DNA of 63,790 bases, filler included, from Octopus bimaculoides (lineage: Eukaryota), in the NCBI RefSeq assembly GCF_001194135.2. It is 9 parts of 8 records of this genome, joined end to end, with 100 filler letters (N's around TTAATTAATTAA, not from the genome) between each part and the next. Parts side by side here need not be neighbours in the genome. Positions count along the whole stretch, not along the records: positions 1 to 25,768 come from NC_068986.1; 8 more parts are not named here. One strand, given 5' to 3'. Below, one piece after another: positions 1-12,376 of this stretch. The position numbers and the translations under genes are program-made. A model generated the notes under the pieces. That model was not told the origin of the DNA, ran no database searches, and worked only from the letters and a program-made list of their open reading frames with translations. Each line of letters opens with the position of its first letter. The first letter of the stretch is position 1.

Positions 1-568
1 TTATTATTGTTATTGTTACCATGTGTATTATTATCATTATTATTATTATTATTATTATCTGTATCAAGAAGAGATGTTCTACCAGGGTTAAGGAAAGCAA
101 TTTTTTGGGCATATCCAGCTTTAGACAAGGCCATATTATAGTAGCTAGAATTAGAATTAAATATATCAATGTTGGAAGATAATTTAGTAATTCTCTCAGA
201 AATACCTTTAACTAAAGAATTTAATACATTATGTGGATGATTGGATAATCTACTTACATATTTAGTAACTTCATTTTCTTTTCTATATGGGTGGTATAAT
301 CTAGTTTCTATGTTGATATATATATATATATATACATACATATATGATAGAAGTTATCTACGTATACGAAAGATGCTACGCGTTGCATACATAGACGAGG
401 AACGAAAGTCTTTATAGAAGCAGACGGTAGATGATTGATCGGGGTAACATTCGTATACAATAGGCAGTAGGCGTTATATACATGCACGTAGATTATAGAC
501 AATAAAGATAATACATAGATGATAGATGTTAGATACATAGACAAATGTTATATTCATAGATGTTAGAC

Positions 569-1113
569 CAGGGGTAAATTGCCCCAAGTGGGGTTAAAAT
601 GAGGACTCATTAGACATAAGTAAAATTATGTAAAAAAACGTGTTCCTTGTAACGACGGAAAAAATTTTCTTCTAGCATGAGGAAGCAGTCAAAAAGTTGC
701 TACCTTTTGCAACAACCTACCTTTGTGAACAAGGATTATGCACTCTAATGAACATAAAAACAAAGCAGAGAAATGAATTTAACACTGAAGACTGTATCAA
801 AATTGCTTTGGCATCAAAATGCCCCCATTTTAATGTAACTGTAATAAAAATGAAACGACATCACTTCTCCAAACCTTGAAGTGAAAAGGTTCGTAGAAAA
901 ATTCTTTTGTTTCATAATGAAGATATTAATCTTATTTTATCGCATTTGTTTTATACTTTGAATATTTATAATTGTATTTGCCATATAAATAGATTCAATA
1001 AAGCTTTTGAATTCAAAGAATCAATGATTTTCTTCCTTTCAGTTCGAGGGGGTAACGTCGGCGTAAATAAATATATTTTGGGGTAATTGGTCAAAAAAGT
1101 TCCCCGATCCCTG
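569..1113 (+). mobile_element. Non-autonomous hAT (Buster/Charlie-like) element retaining a transposase C-terminal dimerisation fragment
   Basis: Ends CAGGGG...CCCTG. 688-879 translates to AVKKLLPFATTYLCEQGLCTLMNIKTKQRNEF, matching the hAT LPFxTTYLCExGFS motif. Left flank TGTTAGAC (nnnTAnnn, typical of Buster target duplications) recurs on the right, overlapping the terminal TG. Confidence 0.8.
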
Positions 1114-1145
1114 TTAGACGATAGACGTTGAATATAGACCTGTGA

Positions 1146-1183
<38 letters not shown>

Positions 1184-1543
1184 GGTACATGGAAGATATA
1201 GGTTATACGATACATGCACAAACGATGATTGTGTGGGAGTTCAACCGTGTGGTTACTCCGTTATACTTCGTTTCAAAACTACGTAATTGCAGTCGCTGCC
1301 TAGCGCATCTTTTTGCCTCGAGGCGTTGCTCCAGCATGGTCGCAGTCCGATGCCTGAAAGAAATAAATGGTAAAAGAATATAAATAATAGATGTTACATA
1401 CATAGACTTTATATACAAAGACAGATGTTTATACATAGACGGTAGTCGATGCACGTTATATATAAATACAATATAGACGTTACATACATAAACGACAAAC
1501 GATAGTCGACAGACTACATACATAGCCAACAAATGTTATAAAC

Positions 1544-1960
1544 ATAAAGTAGTTGTATGCTGTCAACTTAATGTGACAGTCCCATGAAGGGAATAATACT
1601 ACTGCTATTTAGCCCTAGGAAGCAGCACCGCTTCCTGTCGGCCTTGACACATTTCCTGTGTCCTTATGTTTACGAGGGGGAAGCAAGCAGCTCCACACAG
1701 CTAAGCCTACATCCAGAGACATGTTTCTGAGTCTTTGTTCGTTATCAGTCTGGAGTAGCAATAGCTTGCTAATTGGAGATACCATATAATAATTCTAGTG
1801 AAACACTGATTTCAAGAATCTTATTTCAAAATTTCAAGAAGGACACAGGAAATGTGTCAAGGCCGACAGGAAGCGGTGCTGCTTCCTAGGGCTAAATAGC
1901 AATAGTATTATTTCCTTCATGGGACTGTCACATTAAGTTGACAGCATGCAACTACTTTAT
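1544..1960. repeat. Fold-back element: 122-bp inverted arms around a 173-bp spacer
   Basis: 1544-1665 is the reverse complement of 1839-1960 with 3 mismatches counted by eye. Confidence 0.95.
1712..1754 (-). ncRNA. Type I hammerhead ribozyme motif with a G8A core substitution (probably inactive)
   Basis: Minus strand reads UCCAGA CUGAUAA CGAACAAAGACUCA GAAA CAUG U C UCUGGA. Perfect 6-bp stem I that extends further, palindromic stem III ACAUGU, GUC cleavage triplet, decayed stem II. Confidence 0.7.
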
Positions 1961-2200
1961 CGCATCACTACTGTATAAATCTCTCTGAGAGATTTAGAAA
2001 TGTATTATTTTTATTGTTAGAAACATAGTTGACAGTCTATAGAAGATAGTCCTTATAGGTGAGTACACGATAGAGTTAGATAAATAGGCCTTAGACCATA
2101 GATGTAACCTACGTAGGTGATAAAATTTATATACATGTAAAATAGATGATAGACGCTACATAACTCGACGTTAGACGATAGATGTGGTAAAATGCCAATA

Positions 2201-2720
<520 letters not shown>

Positions 2721-2906
2721 TAAAAGCAAAAGACGTTAAATATTAGACGACAATTGCTAGATTTATAGACGATCGACAATAGATGTTGCACATATATAAG
2801 ATAGATGTTATTTACATATATAATCGATGAAGATGTACATTACATAACAATAAACGAAAAGCGTTCTATACATCAAAGGTAATTATTAGACATTACATAC
2901 GTAGGT

Positions 2907-3098
2907 ATTGGTTTCAAGTTTTGATATAAGGCCAGCAATTTCAGGGGAGAGGGCAAGTCGATTACATCAATTCCAGTGTTCAACTGGTACTTATTTTATC
3001 GACTTAAAAGGCATGAAAGTACAAATCGACCTCAGAGGTATTTGAACTCACAACGTAGACAGACGAAATACCGTAAAGCATTTTGCCAGGTCTCCGCC
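2907..3098 (-). mobile_element. SINE family A copy (degenerate)
   Basis: Reverse complement of the family A body (GAGTTCAAAT...CTTTCATGCC...GTCGATAAAATAAGTACCAG). Confidence 0.75.
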
Positions 3099-3510
3099 TG
3101 ATATACGCCACAAATATTACATACATATTCTGTACATAAACAATACAATAAATACGTGAGATATGTTGCACACATAAACTGGCTTACACAAAAACGATTG
3201 ACGATAAACTTTATAGAATTTGACGGCAGATATTACACACATACACCCGAGTTGGTAAAGGTTATAAAGAGACGATAAACATTACATAAATAGACGATAA
3301 ATATTATATACGTAGATGAAAACGTTGCATACATCGACAATGAACGATAGATATTAACATACTAAGACAACAGATGTAACACATATAAGTTATGACGGTA
3401 GAAGTTATATACATAGAAAATGGTCAATACACGTAACGTATATATATACAAAGAGGATGGACGATGTTTATATGAGTGACGTTTCGTATATTGACGGTGG
3501 ATAACAGACG

Positions 3511-3550
<40 letters not shown>

Positions 3551-4099
3551 GATAGACGTTACATATATAATCGATGGACGTTATATACAAAGACCTCATA
3601 CGATATATTCATAGACAATAGACGTAAGAAGTTAGTTATTTTGGAAAAAAGCCGTTATTTTCATAGACGCTATTCGATAGACCCTAAATGCATAGACGAT
3701 AACNNNNNNNNNNNNNNNNNNNNNNNNNNNNNNNNNNNNNNNNNNNNNNNNNNNNNNNNNNNNNNNNNNNNNNNNNNNNNNNNNNNNNNNNNNNNNNNNN
3801 NNNNNNNNNNNNNNNNNNNNNNNNNNNNNNNNNNNNNNNNNNNNNNNNNNNNNNNNNNNNNNNNNNNNNNNNNNNNNNNNNNNNNNNNNNNNNNNNNNNN
3901 NNNNNNNNNNNNNNNNNNNNNNNNNNNNNNNNNNNNNNNNNNNNNNNNNNNNNNNNNNNNNNNNNNNNNNNNNNNNNNNNNNNNNNNNNNNNNNNNNNNN
4001 NNNNNNNNNNNNNNNTATATATATATATATATATATATATGTTTATGTGTGTATGTGTGTATATATTACACACACACGCACAAACATACACACACACAC

Positions 4100-4142
<43 letters not shown>

Positions 4143-4303
4143 CGCACAGACACACATATTAATGTTTCGCTTAGGCATAGCGATATTCATAACTTGGTTT
4201 TAGAACTCGATATACATATACTTCAAAATAAAGCATTAGTTAAGTACAGAGAGCAATATGAAATTAAATAAATGACAAAGGAACAAAAAATTACGGAACG
4301 AAC

Positions 4304-4502
4304 TTCCTTAGCTTACAGCGGCTTCTGCTATTAGAGAGTGTGCATTCAGCGCTGATTTTATTCATCACCTCATAGCTTCCACGGAGTGGCTAAAATAAAT
4401 TGCACTTCATTTTAGGACCTCCATGGCCGCTATAAGGTAATGCACAATCGCTCAGCTTTGAGTCCATAGCATCTCTAGCAGAAACAGCCGTAAGCTAATG
4501 AA
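4304..4502. repeat. ~200-bp imperfect palindrome (MITE-like)
   Basis: TTCCTTAGCTTACAGCGGCTTCTGCTA pairs with TAGCAGAAACAGCCGTAAGCTAATGAA. Inner arms CATCACCTCATAGCTTCCACGGAG...CTAAAATAAATT and ACTTCATTTTAGG.CCTCCATGGCCGCTATAAGGTAATG also pair. Confidence 0.75.
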
Positions 4503-4873
4503 GAACATTGCATAATTCCCTATTTCTTTGTCACTTATTGAATTTCATCGACAGATAAACTACATATTTTCTATAGAATTCAGAGCCAGCACTGTAAGTG
4601 GTAACGTTCCGTGTATGGGGGTATATGGGGGTATATGGGGTAATGGGTGTACATGCGTATTTCGAGAGTTATTGCTCTTTCATAAGCACAACATCTTACC
4701 CATCAACGATACACGAACGCATTACTTAAATTCTCACAACGTTTAGCGGTGTAACACCTTTGGATAGGTCAATTTACGTATCAATCACATTCCTGACAGT
4801 TGGTACATGAATATCAGTTACTAGCAAGGACATAGCATTTCGTTTTGCAAACATAATATACTACTAGGGTGAA

Positions 4874-5135
4874 GGCGCATGGATCAGTAGTTAGAGCGTC
4901 GGGCTCACAATCATGAGGTAGTGAGTTCAATTCCTGGATCAGGCAGTGTGTTGTGTTCTTGAGTAAGACACTTTATTTCATGTTGTTTCAGTTCACTCAG
5001 CTGTAGAAATGAGTTGCAACGTCACTGGTGCCAAGTTGCATCAGCCTTTGCCTTTTCCTTGGCGTGGAGAGGTGAGATTGGAATGCTTAGGCGGTTGCTG
5101 GTATTCCATAAACAACCTTTCCTAGGCTTGTGCCT
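4874..5135 (+). mobile_element. tRNA-derived SINE family C
   Basis: GGCGCATGGATCAGTAG A-box, GAGTTCAATTCC B-box, TTGAGTAAGACACTT...CTCAGCTGTAGAAATGAG core. Related to 50892-51157. Confidence 0.7.
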
Positions 5136-6058
5136 CAGAGGGTGACTATCTAGGTGCAATCCCATGGTCATTACCCTTTTGATACTACTAAGTACATTAA
5201 AGGTTTACAAGTGCTGCCCCATTTAACATTTTCTTATCATTGTCAAAGATTCTATTTTTCAACATTTTTCTTATCATTATCAAAGACTGTACAACTGTAT
5301 TTTAATACAACTGTGATAACCATTTTTTAGCACAACAAAGCTTATACAAACTTTACATTTTACTTTTGATAATCTTTTTTTTTAAAAAGTGAAACCGGTC
5401 AAGTCAATAAACATATCTAAATGACCTCTGCATTTTCAAACCTTCTTTCCTATATATTTTAACTCGTGCGGTTCCTTGCAACTTTACTTTGTTATATATA
5501 TACATGTGTGTGTATGCGCGTGTGCGCGCGCTTGAGTGTGTGTGTGTGTGTGTATGTATGTATATATATGGAGTACATACAATAGACGATAGCCATTACA
5601 TGTCATATACATACACAAGGGACAATACTTAGATGATATTTTTAACATCTCAAATGCTCGTTAATTCTTTAATTTTGGAATACAGCTTTTTATTATGATA
5701 CGTAATAAAAATATAGATATATAGCAAGATTAAAACCACTTTAGCACTCACATATACACACAGACACACGCGCGCGCGCATCCAGATATTAAATAAATAT
5801 TTGGGAAAGTCGTTAGTGTGACTGATAGAATACCTTGCAGTATTCGGTTCGTATCTCTCTGCTGAGGGTTTAAATGCTGCTGTAGTTAATTTTGCTTTTC
5901 ATCCTCACGGATGTCCACTTACTTTCTCTTCCCCCTGCTATAGAACCGGTTATGGTGCGCTGTAAGGAGGGTCAAGGAGGACCTATCCTGAAATGGAGAA
6001 AGTTTTAGCAGGGGCAAGCTCGTTCATTTCACAGAAGAATAGCAGGGAACGAAAACAC

Positions 6059-6096
<38 letters not shown>

Positions 6097-6216
6097 NNNN
6101 NNNNNNNNNNNNNNNNNNNNNNNNNNNNNNNNNNNNNNNNNNNNNNNNNNNNNNNNNNNNNNNNNNNNNNNNNNNNNNNNNNNNNNNNNNNNNNNNNNNN
6201 NNNNNNNATATACACA

Positions 6217-6433
6217 CGAGGGCGTGCTGAAAAGTTCCTGGCTTTGGGTAAAAGAAAATAGAAGCGGATCAGTTAATTATGATTTTATTCAACATATTCC
6301 CCTCCCAGATTCGCAGACTTAGTGCAGCGACCCTTCAGTTTTTCTAAACCCTGTAAAAGAACGCGGATGGTTGGGCCTCCAACCAGGCCTTTCGTGACAT
6401 CCTTAAAGTCAAGAACTTTTCACCATCCCCTCA
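6217..6433. mobile_element. Mariner-derived MITE
   Basis: ~30-bp TIRs CGAGGGCGTGCTGAAAAGTTCCTGGCTTT and AAAGTCAAGAACTTTTCACCATCCCCTCA in a TA/CA context. Its internal part recurs at 20222-20312. Confidence 0.8.
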
Positions 6434-6541
6434 TATATGTGTGTATGTGTGCGTGAGAGAGAGAGAGAAAGAGAGTGTTTGTGTGAGAGAGAGTGTGTGT
6501 GTGAGAGAGAGAATGTGTGTGTGTGTGTGTGATAGAGAGAA

Positions 6542-6594
<53 letters not shown>

Positions 6595-7519
6595 AGCAAA
6601 CTTTCCAATAATACAATAACGCTTGCACAAACAACTGTTCAGATGTCTTTCCCAATTCTTAAAGCTTTCAGCTTGAAAAACAGCAATGATAAATTTTACC
6701 CGCAGTTTCTGTTTTCTTTTTTTTTTTCGGAAATAAGACGTTTAAAAAGAATTATTTTAAATAATTTAGTGACAATATTATCTAGAGATGCAAATATTAA
6801 TTCGGTTTACTGAAAACAAACAACATTTTTTCATTGAAATAATCATGTTACTAATTTGTATTCGTGGATTAATATATAATGTACANNNNNNNNNNNNNNN
6901 NNNNNNNNNNNNNNNNNNNNNNNNNNNNNNNNNNNNNNNNNNNNNNNNNNNNNNNNNNNNNNNNNNNNNNNNNNNNNNNNNNNNNNNNNNNNNNNNNNNN
7001 NNNNNNNNNNNNNNNNNNNNNNNNNNNNNNNNNNNNNNNNNNNNNNNNNNNNNNNNNNNNNNNNNNNNNNNNNNNNNNNNNNNNNNNNNNNNNNNNNNNN
7101 NNNNNNNNNNNNNNNNNNNNNNNNNNNNNNNNNNNNNNNNNNNNNNNNNNNNNNNNNNNNNNNNNNNNNNNNNNNNNNNNNNNNNNNNNNNNNNNNNNNN
7201 NNNNNNNNNNNNNNNNNNNNNNNNNNNNNNNNNNNNNNNNNNNNNNNNNNNNNNNNNNNNNNNNNNNNNNNNNNNNNNNNNNNNNNNNNNNNNNNNNNNN
7301 NNNNNNNNNNNNNNNNNNNNNNNNNNNNNNNNNNNNNNNNNNNNNNNNNNNNNNNNNNNNNNNNNNNNNNNNNNNNNNNNNNNNNNNNNNNNNNNNNNNN
7401 NNNNNNNNNNNNNNNNNNNNNNNNNNNNNNNNNNNNNNNNNNNNNNNNNNNNNNNNNNNNNNNNNNNNNNNNNNNNNNNNNNNNNNNNNNNNNNNNNNNN
7501 NNNNNNNNNNNNNNNNNNC

Positions 7520-8175
7520 TGGTAGAATGTGTCATTTAAAACATCATTTACTCTTGGTGTTTTTAAGAAAATTCTTTATTTTCGAAGTTATTTCGTGTTA
7601 AAGTTGTCGCATTTCGGTAATTTCAACCAATCAATGACGTCTATTAAGGTGAAGACAATTACTGCTGTGGTTTGTTAACAAGACGTTCCGGCGGTGTATA
7701 TTTAGTTTGTCACTGTTATTTCTGATATATTTACGTTTGAGATACACGTGTGTATAGTTTAATCAATTCAGTTATTAGTTATTTTAGCGTTTTCGAAATT
7801 GCCTATTTTGTTTGTTGAATTATTTTCGTTTGCTTAGTGTTTAGTTACAAAAAATTAATTTCTCGATGTGCCGTTCAAAGGGAAAAGATCCCATTTTGCT
7901 CCCTCCCCCTCCAATTTCTTCATTAAAATTTTTTTTCCGTAACTCTAACCCTAAAATCCCAACCCTAACCCTAAGACCTTAACCTTAATCCTACCTTTAA
8001 AACCCTAAATATGACAATTTTAACACGAAATAACTGCGAAAATAAAGAATTTTCTTAAAAACGCCAGGAGTAAATGATGTTTTAAATGACACATTTTACC
8101 AGTATACGAAATTTGAAAGTGCTTAGTTACAAAAAATTATTTTTTCTATGTGCCGGCCAAAAGGAAGAGATCCGA
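7520..8175. mobile_element. Non-autonomous element with ~95-bp inverted repeats, a direct repeat and degenerate CCCTAA units (candidate Helentron-associated)
   Basis: 7520-7615 is inverted at 8005-8102. 7838-7890 is repeated directly at 8122-8172. AACCCT-like units at 7944-8010. The family assignment is inference. Confidence 0.55.
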
Positions 8176-8293
8176 ATTTTGAATTCAGAACGTATTATCT
8201 GAAGAAATGCCGCTAAGTAATTTTTTTCCTCCGCGGTAATGATTTTGCCAACGCCCTGCCTTATGTTTTCATTTTTAATATCAAAGATTTCCG

Positions 8294-8950
8294 AAGGTAG
8301 CGAGCTGGCAGAATCGTTAGCACACCGAGGAAAAATGCTTAGCGGTTTTTATTTTGTTTCTCCGTTCTGAGTTCAAATTCCACCGAAGTCGACTTTGCTT
8401 TTTATCCTTTCAAGGTCGATAAAATAAGCACTAGTTGAGCACTGAGATCGATGTAATCAGCTTATCACTTCCCCAAAAATTGCTAGTCTTGTACCAAATT
8501 TATAACCAAAATGAAATAGTTACAAGGCGGCGAGCTGGCAGAATCGTTAGCACACCCAACAAAAAGCTTAGTGTCATTTCGTCTGCCCTTACGTCCTGAT
8601 TTCAAATGTCGCTGTAATCGACTCTGTCATTCATTCCATTCGGGATGGATAAAATAAGTACCTGCTGAGTATGTCGATCTAATCGACTTACCCCTTTCCA
8701 CGAACCAACTGGCCTTGTGCCATAATTTAAAATCAATATTAAATAATTCCAAGATAGCGGGCTGGTAGCAATATTAGTATGCTGGTCAAAATCCTTAGCG
8801 GCATTTCTACAGGCTCTCTCCGTTTTGAAATTAAATTTCTCCGAAGTCGACTTTAGCTTTCATCCTTTCGGTATCGACAAAAGAAGTAGTTGAACACTGA
8901 GGTTGGTGTAATCGATTTGCCCCCCCCCCCCAACATTCTAGGCCCTTTAA
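8294..8950 (+). mobile_element. Three tandem SINE family A copies
   Basis: Heads GGTAGCGAGCTGGCAGAATCG (8296), GGCGGCGAGCTGGCAGAATCG (8526) and AGCGGGCTGGTAGC (8756), each followed by the GTCGACTTT..CTTTCATCC..GTCGATAAA core. Confidence 0.85.
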
Positions 8951-9407
8951 TAAAGAATATTAAAGGATTCCTGAATATTAAAAGATTCCGTTCTTGNNNN
9001 NNNNNNNNNNNNNNNNNNNNNNNNNNNNNNNNNNNNNNNNNNNNNNNNNNNNNNNNNNNNNNNNNNNNNNNNNNNNNNNNNNNNNNNNNNNNNNNNNNNN
9101 NNNNNNNNNNNNNNNNNNNNNNNNNNNNNNNNNNNNNNTTCTACAGGCTCTCTCCGTTTTGAAATTAAATTTCTCCGAAGTCGACTTTAGCTTTCATCCT
9201 TTCGGTATCGACAAAAGAAGTAGTTGAACACTGAGGTTGGTGTAATCGATTTGCCCCCCCCCCCCAACATTCTAGGCCCTTTAATAAAGAATATTAAAGG
9301 ATTCCTGAATATTAAAAGATTCCGTTCTTGTCACGAGACAGGTTTCAATGAAAAAAAACGAGCAAACTAGAGAGGTTGGATGGCATCTTTTAGAAATTTG
9401 TTGCAGA

Positions 9408-9620
9408 AAGGCGGCGAGCTGGCAGAAACATTAGCACGCCAGGCGAAATGCTTATCGGTATTTCGCCTGTCTTTACGTTCTGATTTCAAGTTCCTCCGAG
9501 GTCAACTTTGCCTTTCATCCTTTCGGGGTCGATAAATTAAGTACCAGTTGCATACTGGTGTCGATCTAATCGACTGGCTCTCTCCCCAAAATTTTGGGCC
9601 TTGTGCCTAGAGTAGAAAAG
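9408..9620 (+). mobile_element. SINE family A, full-length copy
   Basis: GGCGGCGAGCTGGCAGAAAC head, CTTTCATCCTTTCGGGGTCGATAAATTAAGTACCAG core, GCCTTGTGCCTAGAGTAGAAAAG tail. Confidence 0.9.
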
Positions 9621-9954
9621 AAATTTTTACAGAGAACCTACGTAAGAGATTCAAAGTATTCAATTTCTTACTCCTATACCTAAGTTCAAATCCTTCCACG
9701 GTCGTTTTTGAGTCCATTACACGTTCACTTAAGATCGGTAAATGATGTATCAATAATATTGTTAGATGCAATTACACTGTGCAACAATTTTTCTTTTGTC
9801 TTTAGTCAGTGAGTGTTATTTCTTATTTGCTTCTATCTAAAAATCAAAGGAAATGACTACTATTCCCTTCAAACATGGCTTTTTCTATCTGAACATCATT
9901 GTTTTCAAACTGATCTATTTTCCACTGCATATCAGATAGATTCAGCGCTGAGTT

Positions 9955-10235
9955 GCTGAGACAAATATCGTTATAGCAAATATTCAATTCAATATCACAG
10001 ATTTGATTGTCAATTGCTTGACCTTAACCACTTGAGCATGTTCCTTAGTGGCTTGTAATATGTGCTTCTCTGATGATGAGCACGAGTAGTAGGTGAGTGG
10101 GCATCATAACCATGTATTGAGGGGGATTCTTTGGGGTTTGAACACATGTAACAAAAGCAAAGTTTGAAAGAAATATTAGCCATTTTTCATACTTCCCAGG
10201 GATAAGCAAATACGAAATAACAGTTTCCACCCATG
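9955..10235. repeat. Unclassified interspersed repeat, copy 1
   Basis: Homologous to 15650-16022 (ACAGATTTG.TTGTCA.TTG.TTGACCTTAAC...TTGAGCATGT.CCTT.GTGGC). Confidence 0.75.
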
Positions 10236-11814
10236 GACTAAAGTCATTTAATAAAGTGTTGTTGAACCGTCCCTTTTCGGATTAACAGATCAATATTAAA
10301 CGTTGTGATTTTTGTTATTAGATGCAATAACTTTATAGTCTCAACCGTATGTAAGTACTAAATCAACGACTTTGACAATGCTTTATTTCACCATAAAAAT
10401 GCAAAACATCAGTAAAGCTTCGACATTTTTTAATATATTTAATCTGCATGTGATAGTTCAGAGATTAAACTGTTTATCAACTAAATTTACGAAGTCAGTC
10501 AAGTCATAGATATGTCTGGTATACTTATCCTCCTTAACTTCTGCATAAAAATAAAATGAAAAACTGAATTTGTTCCACAATCATAAAATGGTCACCTCAA
10601 TATTTATTTTATTACTTACTTTATGGTTTTTAAGAGAATTTTATCATAATGAAAATTCAACCAACTGATATTTTTGTATAAACATAAACTGTCTCATAAT
10701 CGTAAAAATGAGCAAATCTAGTAAATATATTCTTTTATATACGTTAAACACAGTTAGCTTTTAGTAAATATGATAACCTGAAATGCAAAATAATTAATTA
10801 GATGATCTTAACTAATGATGTATGTTTATCTACAGCATTATATATAAATGACGAATCTGAATAATTTACAGCATTATTGTAAAAGTTCTTGCATTTTATG
10901 ACACAAATTCATGTTTCATTGTAATGTCATAATTATTGTAGATGCTTAGCCCTAGACGGACCCTAATTAGCCCTTTTAATTTATTTAGGACTACTTTATA
11001 CGGTATTTATAATCCTCTTTTCAGGATTATGGAGTGTGATTTAATGAAGTTTAATTACTATTTCTTGTAGATACATTCTCCTTGACTCGTAACACTGTAT
11101 TACAGAACGCTTTAATTGTAATAACAATGGTAGGATAATTGAAGTTGACTAGGATTTGCAGCAAGTAGAATAGAAAATCAGATTTTGAACGTATATCTGT
11201 TTTCAGCTGGAAAACGATTTTTTAAAATGGAAGACAAAAACAACAAAAACAAAACATCGTTTTCTTAGCAGATCAAGAACAAGCATCAAACTAGTTCTCA
11301 ACCTGATTAAAACACAAATGTTCAAGGAGTGGTACATTAATAACAATTTGAGCTTAAAATCATCAAAAGCGTATTCATGAATGAAAGTAAAACTCTTCAT
11401 TTTACTCATGTATTTCAAAGATTCTATACCAGAAATGAATGTTTTAAGTAGATTACGGGAATTTCTAGATTTCTGTTAAGATATTAATATAAACAGAAAA
11501 GCATTGTAAGATTATAAACAGCTTGATACCCCTATGTTACTCTGCTCATTTATATACTTTAGGACATTTTGTAGCTTGAATATATATTTACAAAAGCATA
11601 AATCAAAGGTAAACCAAAAGAGAAAACATAGGTTCAAAAAATGTGAACTTCTATCAGAAATGGCTAATACCATACCTTAGCTGTTAGAGTCGTCTTGATA
11701 ACCGTTTTGTAAGTTGCAGAATGATGGCAATGTGTTGGTAGGCATTTAAGGGGTTGTAAATAGTGTGGTGTCAACGCTTTGATACTCGTTTTCAGGCAGC
11801 TTATGAATTGTTAG

Positions 11815-12005
11815 TACGGCGGGAAAAATGCTTACCGGTATTTCATCCGTCTTTCAATTCTGAGTTCGAATTCCGCCGAGGAGATCGACTTTACATTTCA
11901 GCGTTTGGGGAACGATAAAATTATTACCAGTTGAGTACTGGAGTCGATGTAACTGACTTACTCACTCGCCTGAAAATGCTGGCATTGTGCCAACATTTGA
12001 AAGAA
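11815..12005 (+). mobile_element. SINE family A copy (5'-degenerate)
   Basis: GAGTTCGAATTCCGCCGAG B-box plus the family A core and tail. Confidence 0.75.
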
Positions 12006-12019
12006 TTATTGTTATTATT

Positions 12020-12327
12020 ACCTCCGCCTTAGCGACGGCGGAGGTATTGTTTTCAGTCGAGTTTGTTTGTTTGTCTGTGGACAAGGTATCTCAAGAACCG
12101 CCGGATGGATTCAGATGAAACTTTCAAGGATGTTTGGCCTCTCGACTAGCACGAACCGATTAGATTTTGGGATTGATCCAGTACCGGACAAGAATTTTGG
12201 ATTATTTTCCCTGTTTTATTACTTAATTTTTGAGAGCGGTCGGGTTCATTTTTTTTTTTAATCATCTCTGGCTAATCGTTGAGAAGACGCTGGTGTTGCC
12301 TTGGTGGAAGTTTGGCTATCTGAGTGC
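12020..12327 (+). mobile_element. Helentron-associated (HINE/DINE-1-like) non-autonomous element
   Basis: T-flanked 5' ACCTCCGCC with a nearby inverted copy GGCGGAGGT (12037-12045). 3' degenerate subterminal repeat GGTGGAAGT followed by CTGAGTGC-TTT. Confidence 0.65.

Positions 12328-12376
<49 letters not shown>

Noticed and set aside
7944-8010. CCCTAA-like repeats as a telomere or fusion scar
   Set aside because: Short, degenerate and embedded within an inverted-repeat element.
8807-9329. Exact ~190-bp direct repeat on both sides of a gap (similar small cases at 30120-30200 and 61290-61360)
   Set aside because: Identical sequence flanking N runs indicates unmerged contig overlap.
11208-11390. 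Possible exon after TTTTCAG; also open stretches at 55735-55860 and 57328-57573
   Set aside because: No recognisable protein similarity and weak or absent donor sites.
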